From an uncultured Clostridia bacterium (GTDB taxonomy: Bacteria; Bacillota; Clostridia; Christensenellales; Borkfalkiaceae), in contig CANROE010000004.1 of the NCBI GenBank assembly GCA_947632195.1, positions 31,183 to 95,182 on the forward strand: a stretch of DNA of 64,000 nt, read 5' to 3'. The notes below the pieces were generated by a model. That model searched no databases and had not been told where the DNA came from. It worked only from the letters and a program-made list of their open reading frames with translations. Shown here in pieces: positions 39,017 through 48,082 of the stretch. Position 1 is the first letter of the stretch. Every line of letters starts with the position of its first letter. The position numbers and the translations under genes were made by a program.

Positions 39017-39045
39017 TTGCTTTTTTGCTCTGTATATGGTATAAT
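39017..39045 (+). promoter_or_regulatory. sigma-A type promoter of nrdR-ispG
   Basis: TTGCTT (39017-39022), 17-nt spacer, TGgTATAAT (39037-39045). Confidence 0.6.
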
Positions 39046-39075
39046 GAGAGCAACACAAACACAAGAGGGTGAGGT

Positions 39076-39546
39076 ATGCGCTGTTTATATTGCAACTGTA
39101 CGGAGAGCAAGGTGATCGATTCCCGTTCGGCGGACGACGACAAGACCATTCGCCGCCGCAGAGAGTGCTTGGGCTGCGGCAGGAGATTCACCACCTACGA
39201 GACGATCGAAATTTCCCCGCTCCTTGTCGTCAAGTCGGACGGCACGCGGCAGGCATTCGACATCGGCAAGATCAAGCGCGGCGTTGTAAAGGCGTGCGAA
39301 AAGCGTCCCGTGTCCATCGAGCAGATCGACGCGCTCGCCGAGGAGATCGCAAAGAAAGTGTATAACTCCATGGAGCAGGAAGTCAGCTCCAAGCAGATCG
39401 GCGAAATGGTGATGGAGGGGCTCAAAGAACTCGACGAGGTGGCGTATGTGCGCTATGCCTCGGTGTACCGCTCCTTCAAAGATATCCACTCCTTCATGTC
39501 CGAATTGCAGCGCATGATGGAGCGCAAAGAGGCAGAGAAGAAATAA
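39076..39546 (+). CDS. nrdR: transcriptional repressor NrdR
   Basis: MRCLYCNCTESKVIDSR...CLGCGRRFTTYE zinc ribbon followed by an ATP-cone. Confidence 0.95.
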   Translation: MRCLYCNCTESKVIDSRSADDDKTIRRRRECLGCGRRFTTYETIEISPLLVVKSDGTRQAFDIGKIKRGVVKACEKRPVSIEQIDALAEEIAKKVYNSMEQEVSSKQIGEMVMEGLKELDEVAYVRYASVYRSFKDIHSFMSELQRMMERKEAEKK

Positions 39547-40586
39547 TGTCGGTAAAACAGGTAAAAGTCGGGAATTTCACGCTCGGCGGCGGGAAGATCG
39601 CCGTGCAGAGCATGACGACGGAAAAGACGGGCGACGTGGAAAAATGCGTCGCTCAAATTCTGCACCTCGAAGAAGCGGGGTGCGACATCGTGCGGGTCGC
39701 CGTGCTCGACGAAGAGGACGCCCGCGCCATCTCCGCCGTCAAACAAAAAATACATATCCCGCTCGTGGCGGACATCCACTTTTCGGCGAAGCTCGCCGTG
39801 CTCGCCGCAGAGAACGGGGCGGATAAGCTGCGCGTCAACCCCGGGAACATCGGCGGGGAGCGGGAGCTGTCTCTCGTGGCGGACTGCGTCAAGGCGCACC
39901 GTATTCCCGTGCGCGTGGGAGCGAATACGGGGAGCGTGGAACCGCATTTTCTCGCAAAGTACGGCAGAAGCGCCGAAGCGCTCGTCCTTTCCGCCCTCGA
40001 AAACGTGAAAATTTTCGAGCGGCACGGGCTGAATGACCTTGTCATTTCCGTCAAGGCGTCCGATGTGCCCCTCACGGTAAGGGCGTACGAACTCATCGCA
40101 AAGCAGACGGGCTATCCGCTGCATGTCGGCGTCACCGAAGCGGGCACCGAGCGCATGGGGATCGTCAAGAGCAGCGCAGGGATCGGCGCGTTGCTCCTGC
40201 AAGGGATCGGCGATACGATCCGCGTCTCCCTCACCTCCGATCCCGTGAAAGAGGTGTATGCGGGGCACGACATCCTGCGCGCCTGCGGGCTCGAAAAGGA
40301 CTATATCGAAGTCGTCTCCTGTCCCACCTGCGGGCGGTGCCGCTACGACTGCATGGGGCTCGCGGAAAAGGTGAACGAGCGGGTGCGCCGTGTCAAAAAG
40401 CGGGGCAAGATCGCCGTCATGGGCTGCGTTGTCAACGGCCCGGGGGAGGCGAAGGACGCCGATCTCGGCATTGCGGGCGGGGAGAATTATTGCGTCATCT
40501 TCCGTGGTGAGAAAACGGAGCGCGTGCCCAAGGAGGAGGCCGAACGGGTCTTTTTCGCGCGTCTGGATGAATTTTTGAACACATGA
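39546..40586 (+). CDS. ispG: 4-hydroxy-3-methylbut-2-en-1-yl diphosphate synthase
   Basis: 346 aa. IAVQSMT, ADIHF, RVNPGN and the C-terminal CPTCGRC / GCVVNGPGE cluster motifs are present. Confidence 0.95.
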   Translation: MSVKQVKVGNFTLGGGKIAVQSMTTEKTGDVEKCVAQILHLEEAGCDIVRVAVLDEEDARAISAVKQKIHIPLVADIHFSAKLAVLAAENGADKLRVNPGNIGGERELSLVADCVKAHRIPVRVGANTGSVEPHFLAKYGRSAEALVLSALENVKIFERHGLNDLVISVKASDVPLTVRAYELIAKQTGYPLHVGVTEAGTERMGIVKSSAGIGALLLQGIGDTIRVSLTSDPVKEVYAGHDILRACGLEKDYIEVVSCPTCGRCRYDCMGLAEKVNERVRRVKKRGKIAVMGCVVNGPGEAKDADLGIAGGENYCVIFRGEKTERVPKEEAERVFFARLDEFLNT

Positions 40587-42109
40587 AAAGCGAAGAATAT
40601 TTAAACGAAATACGCATGGCGGCGGGGCTCAAACGCGCCGTACTCAAAAAGATCGCCGTAGAGGGCGAAAAGATCACCTTTTATCTTGTCACCGACCTCA
40701 CTTACCGGCAGGAGGACGTCGACCACGCAAAGAGGGTCTCGGAAAGGTATGTGCCCGCAGGATACCGTGCGGAGGTGAACGTCGTCAAGTCTGTGCCGAG
40801 CGAAGAGGGGGTGCGGGCGACCGTTACGGAGCTGTTGAAGAGCCGCTTTCCCGCAGCGGCGGCATTTTTTACGCCGCAGGACGTGGAGGTCTCGCTCGAC
40901 GGCGCGGGCGGACGGTTTTTCCTCTCCGTAGGGGAGAAAGAGCGGACGCAGTTTGCCGCAGGCGACGTGCTCAACACGCTCTCGGCGGAGCTCAACCGCC
41001 GCTTTTGCGGGAGCTGGATCGGGGACTATCGCCGCGTGGAAAAGGCGCCCCGCGAGATCGAGCACGCGGCGCCGCCCCCCATGGAGATCGTGACGGGCCC
41101 CCGCGTCTTTCCCGTGGAGGGGTTCGAGGCGATCGACGGGGCAGAGGTCAAAAGCGCGCTCTGTATCGCCGACCTCAAAGGGGAGGCGCCCCTCGTCACC
41201 CTCTGCGGCGAGCTGGTGCACCTCGAAGAGCGCGTCACCAAGACGGGGAAACCCTACTTCCGCATGAGCGTGCGGGACGCGAGCGGCTCGCTGAGCCTCT
41301 CCTACTTTGCCAAAAAGGCGACGGTGGAAAAGGTGCGCGCCTTGCAGGCGGGCACGAGCGTCTGCCTGACGGGCGCAAACGAGCTCTTCAACGGAAGTTT
41401 CCGCTTTACGGCCAATAAGATCGACCTCGGGCGGCCTCCGGAGGGGTATGTCCCGAAGAAGAACTATCTGCCTGTGCCCGCAGCGTACAAAACGGTGCGT
41501 CCCGAGCCGGTCGCGGACCTCGTGCAGGCGGATCTGTTCGGGGTAAAACCGCTGCCGCAGGAATTTATGAAGGGGAAGTATGTCGTATTCGATCTCGAAA
41601 CGACGGGGCTCAGCCACATTCCCGCAGGCGGGAGGATGGATCGTATCATCGAGATCGGCGCGGTGAAGATCGAGGGCGGCTCGATCTCCGAAAAATTTTC
41701 TTCCTTTGTCGCCTGTCCGGTGCCTCTGAGCGGCGAGATCAAAGAACTCACGGGTATCACGGACGAAATGCTCTTCGGCGCGCCCGAAACGGGCGCGGTG
41801 CTCGCGGATTTTTATAAATTCTGCGCGGGGTGCGATCTCGTCGCCCATAACGCGGGTTTCGACAGCGCCTTTGTCCGTTTTTACGGCGAGGAGGCGGGGT
41901 ATCTCTTCAATCACCGCCTCTACGACACGGTCACCATCGCGCAGGAGACGCTCAGGCTCGGTAATTATAAGCTCAACACCATCGCCGATCACTACGGGTT
42001 TGTCTTCAACCATCACCGCGCGTTCGACGACGCTTTTGTCACGGCGAAAATTTTCATCGAGCTCGTGCGCGAAAAAGGGGAAATTCCCAAGCCATTCTCT
42101 GCCTTTTGA
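40583..42109 (+). CDS. PolC-like N-terminal/OB-fold/DEDDh 3'-5' exonuclease protein lacking PHP and polymerase domains
   Basis: 508 aa. The OB-like segment is LCGELVHLEERVTKTGKPYFRMSVRDASGSLSL. Exonuclease motifs are VVFDLETTG, AHNAGFD and HHRAFDDA. The ATG overlaps the ispG stop (ATGA). Confidence 0.75.
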   Translation: MKSEEYLNEIRMAAGLKRAVLKKIAVEGEKITFYLVTDLTYRQEDVDHAKRVSERYVPAGYRAEVNVVKSVPSEEGVRATVTELLKSRFPAAAAFFTPQDVEVSLDGAGGRFFLSVGEKERTQFAAGDVLNTLSAELNRRFCGSWIGDYRRVEKAPREIEHAAPPPMEIVTGPRVFPVEGFEAIDGAEVKSALCIADLKGEAPLVTLCGELVHLEERVTKTGKPYFRMSVRDASGSLSLSYFAKKATVEKVRALQAGTSVCLTGANELFNGSFRFTANKIDLGRPPEGYVPKKNYLPVPAAYKTVRPEPVADLVQADLFGVKPLPQEFMKGKYVVFDLETTGLSHIPAGGRMDRIIEIGAVKIEGGSISEKFSSFVACPVPLSGEIKELTGITDEMLFGAPETGAVLADFYKFCAGCDLVAHNAGFDSAFVRFYGEEAGYLFNHRLYDTVTIAQETLRLGNYKLNTIADHYGFVFNHHRAFDDAFVTAKIFIELVREKGEIPKPFSAF

Positions 42110-42130
42110 GAAAAAATTTCCGTAAAATGC

Positions 42131-42159
42131 TTGCTATTTTCCTTTGGATATGGTATAAT
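42131..42159 (+). promoter_or_regulatory. sigma-A type promoter of the rimP-nusA-infB operon
   Basis: TTGCTA (42131-42136), 17-nt spacer, TGgTATAAT (42151-42159). Confidence 0.6.
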
Positions 42160-42184
42160 ACACTTGCTTAATCAAGGAAAGGTG

Positions 42185-42216
42185 ATTGAGAGCGGGTCTC
42201 CGCTCTCAATTCTTTT
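42185..42216 (+). terminator. terminator-like hairpin in the rimP leader (candidate attenuator)
   Basis: ATTGAGAGCGG-gtct-CCGCTCTCAAT (perfect 11-bp stem) followed by TCTTTT. It sits between the predicted TSS and the rimP SD. Confidence 0.5.
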
Positions 42217-42226
42217 AAGGAGAGAT

Positions 42227-42682
42227 ATGAAAGTCAAACCCATCGCGGAGGTCGTCGCCTTTCTTGCGCCCGTTGCCGAGGAGGTCGGCGTGGAGATCGT
42301 GGACGCGAAGTGGGACCTGCGGCAAAACACGCTCGCCCTGTTTATCGACGCCCCGGGCGGAGTGGATCTTCTGCTCTGCGAAAAATTCCACCGCGCGGTG
42401 GACGGCCCTTTGGACGAGCTCGACCCCACCTTCGGCGCGGCTTACACGCTGAGCTGTTCCTCTGCGGGGCTCGACAGGCCCTTTAAAACGGAGAAGGACT
42501 ATCTGCGCCACATCGGCGAAAAGGTGGAGATCCATCTGTACGCGCCGATTGAAGGAGCGAAATATTACGAAGGTGTGCTCCTCGGCTTGGAGGACGGCTG
42601 CGTCGGCGTGGAGACGGGCGCGGGAGAAAAGCATTTCCCGCTCGATAAGATCTCCAAAGCCTGCCTCTTGATAGAGGTGTAG
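42227..42682 (+). CDS. rimP: ribosome maturation factor RimP
   Basis: 151 aa from the internal ATG (SD AAGGAGAG). MKVKPIAEVVAFLAPVAEEVGVEIVD... is RimP-like, and the gene position upstream of nusA fits. Confidence 0.85.
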   Translation: MKVKPIAEVVAFLAPVAEEVGVEIVDAKWDLRQNTLALFIDAPGGVDLLLCEKFHRAVDGPLDELDPTFGAAYTLSCSSAGLDRPFKTEKDYLRHIGEKVEIHLYAPIEGAKYYEGVLLGLEDGCVGVETGAGEKHFPLDKISKACLLIEV

Positions 42683-43409
42683 GGGGAGCGATACTTGCTG
42701 TGCTGAATCTGTCATTCCGCCCCGCACAATCCTCTATTGTCATTCTGCCCCGCGTTTCCGATTTGTCATTTCGAGCGGAACGAAGTGGAGTCGAGAAATC
42801 TCACGATGTTAAAACTAAGGTAGAGATGTCTCGACTACGCTCGACATGACATTTTAGAACTGATGTCTCGACTACGCTCGACATGACATTTTAGAACTGA
42901 TGTCTCGACTACGCTACTTCGCACTGCGTGCTCGTGCCGCGCTTAGAGAAACAGAACTGCGCGCGGGTCGACATGACAATTTGGAAATGTAGGCGGTCGA
43001 CATGACAATTTGGAATACTATGTCATTTCGACCAAGCCGCGTAAGCGGCGCGTGGAGAAATCTCACCTTATTATAATGCGGTAGAGATGTCTCGACTACG
43101 CTACTTCGCACTGCGTGCTCGTGCCGCGCTTAGAGAATCAGAACTGCGCGCGGGGTGGAATGACCCGTTGCCGCGCGATTCCGCTTACCTCTTGCTGTCC
43201 CTGAAAGGGAAAGTGGCATGAGCGAAGCGAATGTCGAAAGGGTTCTCAAAAACTTTCAAAAACCCCTCAGTCACTTCGTGACAGCTCCCCTATGAGGGGC
43301 GCCAAGGGGGAAAACATAGAGGACTGTTTCCTCGCCAATTATTTTCGAGCAACGCGAGAAAAGAATTGTGCGAAACTAAATTTCGTGAAAATAATACAAG
43401 GAGAAAATC
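42683..43409. repeat. 727-bp repeat mosaic between rimP and nusA
   Basis: Module S is at 42763-42802. A 37-bp unit is present x2.4 in tandem (42825-42861, 42862-42898, partial third copy). A 69-nt unit occurs twice (42899-42967 and 43086-43154). An S-type copy is at 43022-43066, module R at 43189-43244 and module Q at 43263-43306. Confidence 0.9.
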
Positions 43410-44561
43410 ATGGTAAACAAAGATTTCTTTGCGGCGCTCGCCGATCTCGAACGGGAAAAGGGGATCAGCGAGGAAGTATTCTTCGACGCGCTCCGCGGCG
43501 CGCTCTCTTCCGCCTACAAAAAGCAGTATGAGGACGAGACGGGCGCGGTGCGGATCGATTTCGACGCCGAAAAAGGCACGATCCGCTTTTTCCTCGAACA
43601 TGTCGTGGTGGACAGCGATGAGGCGCTCGACGGCGAGATCCTCTTAAAAGACGCCGTCCAGATCAAGAAGAATGTTCAGGTCGGGGACATCCTCTCCGAA
43701 GAGTTCGTCCCGAAGGACTTCTCGCGTATCGCCGCGCAGACCGCAAAGCAGGTCATTCTGCAAAAGATCCACGAGACCGAACGCGACAACACCCTCTCCG
43801 AGTTCTCGGACAAAGAGGGCGAGCTCATGAACGGGCTGGTGCGCAAGGTCGATATGAAAAACGTGTATATCGAGCTCGGCAAGGGACAGATCGAGGGGCT
43901 CATGCTCCCGCAGGATCAGGTCCCCGGGGAGCGCTACGAGACGGGCGACCGCCTCAAAGTGTTCGTAAAGCGGGTAAAGAGCGGCGGCAAGAACGCGCAG
44001 GTGCTCGTCTCCCGCGCCGCGCCCGGGTTTGTCAAGCGGCTGTTTGAGGAGGAAGTTCCCGAAATAAAGCAGGGCACGGTCGTCATCAAATCGGTCGCCC
44101 GCGAGGCGGGACACCGCACCAAGATGGCGATCTATGCCTCCGATCCGCGCGTCGATCCCGTCGGCGCATGCGTCGGCAACAAGGGGGCGCGCGTGAACGC
44201 GGTCGTCTCCGAGCTCGGCGGCGAGAAGGTGGACATCATCCTTTGGAGCGAAAACCCGCTCGAATTCATCGCGAAGGCTCTCTCGCCCGCAACGGTCATC
44301 TCGGTCACGCAGATGTCCGAAAAGTCGGCGGTCGCTGTCGTGCCCGACGACAAGCTCTCCCTTGCCATCGGCAGGGACGGGCAGAACGCGCGGCTTGCGG
44401 CAAGGCTCACGGGCTGGAAGATCGACGTCAAGAGCGAGAGCGCGGCCGCAAAACTAGCGCTCGCCGAAGAGCAGGCGGCGTCCGAAGAGGCCCCCGAGGA
44501 GGCTCCCGAGGAGGCTCCCGAAGAGGCTCCTGCGGCGACGGACGGGGAGACGAATGAATGA
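43410..44561 (+). CDS. nusA: transcription termination/antitermination factor NusA
   Basis: 383 aa with NusA N-terminal, S1 and two KH regions (IGRDGQNARLAARLTGWKIDV). The C-terminal tail is EEAPEEAPEEAPEEAP. Confidence 0.95.
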   Translation: MVNKDFFAALADLEREKGISEEVFFDALRGALSSAYKKQYEDETGAVRIDFDAEKGTIRFFLEHVVVDSDEALDGEILLKDAVQIKKNVQVGDILSEEFVPKDFSRIAAQTAKQVILQKIHETERDNTLSEFSDKEGELMNGLVRKVDMKNVYIELGKGQIEGLMLPQDQVPGERYETGDRLKVFVKRVKSGGKNAQVLVSRAAPGFVKRLFEEEVPEIKQGTVVIKSVAREAGHRTKMAIYASDPRVDPVGACVGNKGARVNAVVSELGGEKVDIILWSENPLEFIAKALSPATVISVTQMSEKSAVAVVPDDKLSLAIGRDGQNARLAARLTGWKIDVKSESAAAKLALAEEQAASEEAPEEAPEEAPEEAPAATDGETNE

Positions 44562-44818
44562 AACAGGTCCCCATGCGCACCTGTATCGCCTGCCGCGAGG
44601 AAAAGCCGAAACGGGAAATGCTCCGCGTCGTAAAGAATGCGGCGGGGGAGATACGGCTCGATTTTTCGGGGAAACTTCCCGGGCGGGGAGCGTACATCTG
44701 CGACAGCGCGGAGTGCGTCAAAAAACTGCGGAAATACCGTCTGCTCAATAAAAATTTTTCCTGCGAGGTTCCCGAAGAGGTGTATTCGCGCATCGAGGAA
44801 GAGTATGGAGCGAAGTAA
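44558..44818 (+). CDS. ylxR: YlxR/RnpM family (DUF448) RNA-binding protein
   Basis: MRTCIACREEKPKREMLRV...GRGAYIC pattern. The ATG overlaps the nusA stop. Confidence 0.85.
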   Translation: MKQVPMRTCIACREEKPKREMLRVVKNAAGEIRLDFSGKLPGRGAYICDSAECVKKLRKYRLLNKNFSCEVPEEVYSRIEEEYGAK

Positions 44819-45104
44819 AACGGCGAGCTATCTCGGATTCGCGCGGCGGGCGGGGAAACTCACCCTCGGCGTGCAGGCGGCGGGAACGGTAAAGAAAGGC
44901 GTATTCCTTCTCGTCGCGGACGAAACGGTCGCAAAAAACAATCGGAAAGAGATCGAAAAATTGCAAAAGAAATTCGCTTGTCCTCTTCTCTATGTGCACG
45001 GGCTCGGGGACATGACGGGAAAGAGCGCGTGCAAACTCGCCGCCGTGCGGGACGAACATCTCGCCGCAGCAATTCTCAACGAGAACAAATCATCACAGGT
45101 ATAA
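44805..45104 (+). CDS. ylxQ: L7Ae/L30e-like ribosomal-protein-family protein (YlxQ-like)
   Basis: 99 aa from the internal ATG. LGFARRAGKLTLG...LLVADE is L7Ae-like, and the position between ylxR and infB fits. Confidence 0.7.
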   Translation: MERSKTASYLGFARRAGKLTLGVQAAGTVKKGVFLLVADETVAKNNRKEIEKLQKKFACPLLYVHGLGDMTGKSACKLAAVRDEHLAAAILNENKSSQV

Positions 45105-45122
45105 GGAAAGATCATAAACCGT

Positions 45123-47711
45123 ATGGCATACGAAAACATTGAAAAGTTAGGGACGCTCATCGAGAACAAGACGGTAGGCAATCTGCAAAAGTCCGTCTCG
45201 CAAGGGGAGCGGCAACTGTCGGACATCCTCAAAAAGCTCACCGAGATGGAGGCTGCCGCAACCGCGAAACGTTTGGCGGAAGAGGAGGCAAGACGGCAGG
45301 AAGAGGAACGCGTCTTGGCGGAAGAGCGCGCAAAGGAAGAGCAGCGGCTCAGAGAGGAGGCGGAAAGGGAGGCGGCAAAACGCGCCGAAGTTTCCCCCGA
45401 ACCCGAAGTGCCCGAAGAGACGGTGCCCGCGCCCATGCCCGCGCCTGCGCCTGCGCCCGCGCCTCGGCAAAAGCCCGCTGCCGCTCCCGTCAAGGCGGAG
45501 CAAAAGCCTGCACAAAGACCCGAGCAGAGGCCCGAACAGAGGTCCGAGCGCCCGCAACGCCGTCCGGAACAGCCGCAGGGGACTTACAAGACGCCCTCTT
45601 CGCCCCGCGCCACCTTCCGCCCCGCAGACAGACCCGAAAGGCCTGCCCGCCCCGCAGCGGGCATGGGTACCCGGCCCGCAAGCGGCGCCGCGACTGCCCG
45701 TCCCGCGCGTCCCATGACGGGTACCGCGCCGAGAGCGCCCCGTCCCCTGGCGGCGCCCACCCCGCCCGCTCCCCGCAGAGAGCCAGCAGGCGGCAAAAAA
45801 TTTGAAAAGACGTATGTGGAAAAACGCCCCGAAAACAAGCGTGCCCTTCAAAGACGGCAGGGCGCGACGGTGGGGGATTTCGACGAGGACAAGAGCGGCT
45901 ACCGCAAGGCCCGTTTCGCCAAGAAGGGCGCGAAGAAGGAGACCCAGACGGTCAAGATCGACCACGCCGTCGTCACGAGCAAGGAGATCCCCATCAAGGT
46001 GCTCTCCGAAAAGCTCGGGATTTCGGCGGTGGAGATCACAAAGCGGCTCTTCCGCGAGGGAGTCATGAAGACGGTCAACGAATCGGTGGACTACGACAAC
46101 GCGGCGTTCATTGCGCTGGAACTCGGCATCGATCTCGAATATAAACCCGAAAAGACGGCGGAGGACGCCCTCTTTGAACAGCACGGCGGAGAGGATACGG
46201 CGGAAAATACCGTTCCGCGCGCGCCCGTCGTCACGGTGATGGGGCATGTCGACCACGGCAAGACCTCCCTGCTCGACTGTATCCGCAAGACGAACGTCAC
46301 TGCGGGCGAGGCGGGCGGGATCACGCAGAGCATCGGCGCCTACACCGTCTCCCTCGGCGAGGGAAAGAAGATCACCTTTATCGACACCCCCGGCCACGCG
46401 GCGTTCACGGCAATGCGTGCGCGCGGCGCACAGGTGACGGACATCGTCGTGCTCGTCGTGGCGGCGGACGACGGTATCATGCCGCAGACCATTGAGGCGA
46501 TCGATCACGCAAAGGCGGCGAACGTTCCCATCATCGTCGCCATGAACAAAATGGATAAACCCCATGTCGATCCCGACAAGGTGAAGCAGGGGCTCGTCAA
46601 CCAGAACCTCGTCCCCGAAGAGTGGGGCGGCGACGTCATCATCGTCCCCGTCTCGGCAAAGACGGGCATGGGGATCGACAGTTTGCTCGAAAACATCTAT
46701 CTCGTCGCCGAAATGCAGGAACTCAAAGCCAACCCCGACCGCAAGGCGAAGGGGGTCATCATCGAGGCGAAACTCGACAAGGGCAAGGGCCCCATGGCGA
46801 GCGTGCTCGTGCAGAACGGCACCCTGCGCACGGGCGACAACCTCATTTCGGGCACCACGATGGGCAGAGTGCGCGCCATGATCGACGACAAGGGCAGAAC
46901 GGTCAAAGAGGCGGGTCCTTCGATGGCAGTCTCCGTGCTCGGCCTCGAAGACGTGCCCAACGCGGGCGACACCATCTTTGCGGTGGACCAGTCCCTCATG
47001 AAACAGGTGCAGGAGGAGCGCAAGAGCAAGCAGCGCGAGTCTATGATCAAGGAGACGACAAAGGTCACGCTGGACGACGTGTTCGCGCAGGTCTCGGACG
47101 GCCTCAAAGAGCTCAACGTCATCGTCAAGGGAGACGTGCAGGGCTCGGTGGAGGCGGTCAAGGCCTCCCTTGAAAAGCTCTCCAACGACGAGGTCAAGGT
47201 CAAGATCATCCATGCGGGCGCGGGCGCGGTCAACGAGAGCGACGTCATGCTCGCCGACTCCGCAAACGCCATTATCATCGCATTCAACGTGCGTCCCGAC
47301 ACCAAGGCGAAACAGCTCGCCGAGCGCAGCAAGGTGGACGTGAGGACGTACCGTATCATCTACGAACTCATCGACGACATGGAGGCGGCGCTCAAAGGCA
47401 TGCTCGCCCCCAAGTACCACGAAATTTACATGGGCAAGGCGCAGGTATTGCAGACCTTCAACATCACGGGCGTGGGCACGGTCGCGGGCTGCTACGTCAC
47501 CGAGGGCAAGCTCGTGCGCGGCGGAAAACTGAGAATTTACCGCGACGACGTAATGATCGTCGAGGGCAACGTCAAGCAGCTCAAACGCTTTAAGGACGAC
47601 GCGAAGGAAGTCTCGGGCGGCCTCGAATGCGGCTGTGCCATCGACGGATTCAACGAGATCAAGGTCGGCGACTTCATCGAATGCTACATGATCGAGGAGA
47701 TCAAGCAATGA
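45123..47711 (+). CDS. infB: translation initiation factor IF-2
   Basis: 862 aa. The N-terminus is low-complexity and Pro/Ala/Arg/Glu-rich. The GTPase motifs are [14 protein letters not shown] and NKMD. Confidence 0.95.
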   Translation: MAYENIEKLGTLIENKTVGNLQKSVSQGERQLSDILKKLTEMEAAATAKRLAEEEARRQEEERVLAEERAKEEQRLREEAEREAAKRAEVSPEPEVPEETVPAPMPAPAPAPAPRQKPAAAPVKAEQKPAQRPEQRPEQRSERPQRRPEQPQGTYKTPSSPRATFRPADRPERPARPAAGMGTRPASGAATARPARPMTGTAPRAPRPLAAPTPPAPRREPAGGKKFEKTYVEKRPENKRALQRRQGATVGDFDEDKSGYRKARFAKKGAKKETQTVKIDHAVVTSKEIPIKVLSEKLGISAVEITKRLFREGVMKTVNESVDYDNAAFIALELGIDLEYKPEKTAEDALFEQHGGEDTAENTVPRAPVVTVMGHVDHGKTSLLDCIRKTNVTAGEAGGITQSIGAYTVSLGEGKKITFIDTPGHAAFTAMRARGAQVTDIVVLVVAADDGIMPQTIEAIDHAKAANVPIIVAMNKMDKPHVDPDKVKQGLVNQNLVPEEWGGDVIIVPVSAKTGMGIDSLLENIYLVAEMQELKANPDRKAKGVIIEAKLDKGKGPMASVLVQNGTLRTGDNLISGTTMGRVRAMIDDKGRTVKEAGPSMAVSVLGLEDVPNAGDTIFAVDQSLMKQVQEERKSKQRESMIKETTKVTLDDVFAQVSDGLKELNVIVKGDVQGSVEAVKASLEKLSNDEVKVKIIHAGAGAVNESDVMLADSANAIIIAFNVRPDTKAKQLAERSKVDVRTYRIIYELIDDMEAALKGMLAPKYHEIYMGKAQVLQTFNITGVGTVAGCYVTEGKLVRGGKLRIYRDDVMIVEGNVKQLKRFKDDAKEVSGGLECGCAIDGFNEIKVGDFIECYMIEEIKQ

Positions 47712-48082
47712 AACCTACGAGAACGCAGCGGTTGGACAGCGAATTTCGCCGTGCGATCTCGGAGATCGTCGCGGGACCTTTGAAGAACAGAGAACCGGCG
47801 CTTCGCGGTATCATCTCGGTCACGGAGACGGACGTCGCGCCCGATCTCAAAACGGCGAAAGTTTACGTCAGTATCCTGGCGGCAGAAGAGAGCGCCAAGA
47901 AGGAGAACTTCCGTATCTTAAAGGAGAACGCGGGTTTTGTGCGGCATGAACTCTCGCAGATGATGCGCATGCGCACCGTCCCTCAGCTCACTTTTATAGA
48001 GGACGGGAGCATGGAATACGGCTCGAAGATGGATGCCCTCTTATCGGGGCTCGACATCAAGCCCGACAAGGACGGAGAATGA
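47708..48082 (+). CDS. rbfA: ribosome-binding factor A
   Basis: 124 aa from the internal ATG, which overlaps the infB stop (ATGA). RLDSEFRRAISEIV...DLKTAKVYVS is RbfA-like. Confidence 0.9.
   Translation: MKPTRTQRLDSEFRRAISEIVAGPLKNREPALRGIISVTETDVAPDLKTAKVYVSILAAEESAKKENFRILKENAGFVRHELSQMMRMRTVPQLTFIEDGSMEYGSKMDALLSGLDIKPDKDGE

Noticed and set aside
44487-45800. NusA C-terminal EEAP x4 repeat (44487-44532) and the Pro/Ala/Arg-rich low-complexity N-terminal region of IF-2 (including PAPAPAPAP)
   Set aside because: Variable acidic tails on NusA and low-complexity N-terminal regions in IF-2 are common and in frame. Nothing suggests a separate feature.
45147-47708. 853-aa ORF antisense to infB. 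Similar cases are 40601..42016, 35438..36481, 20664..21698, 51547..52719, 30562..31770, 9351..10880 and 3230..4381.
   Set aside because: Each lies opposite a gene with clear family motifs. None has a convincing SD or recognisable domain.
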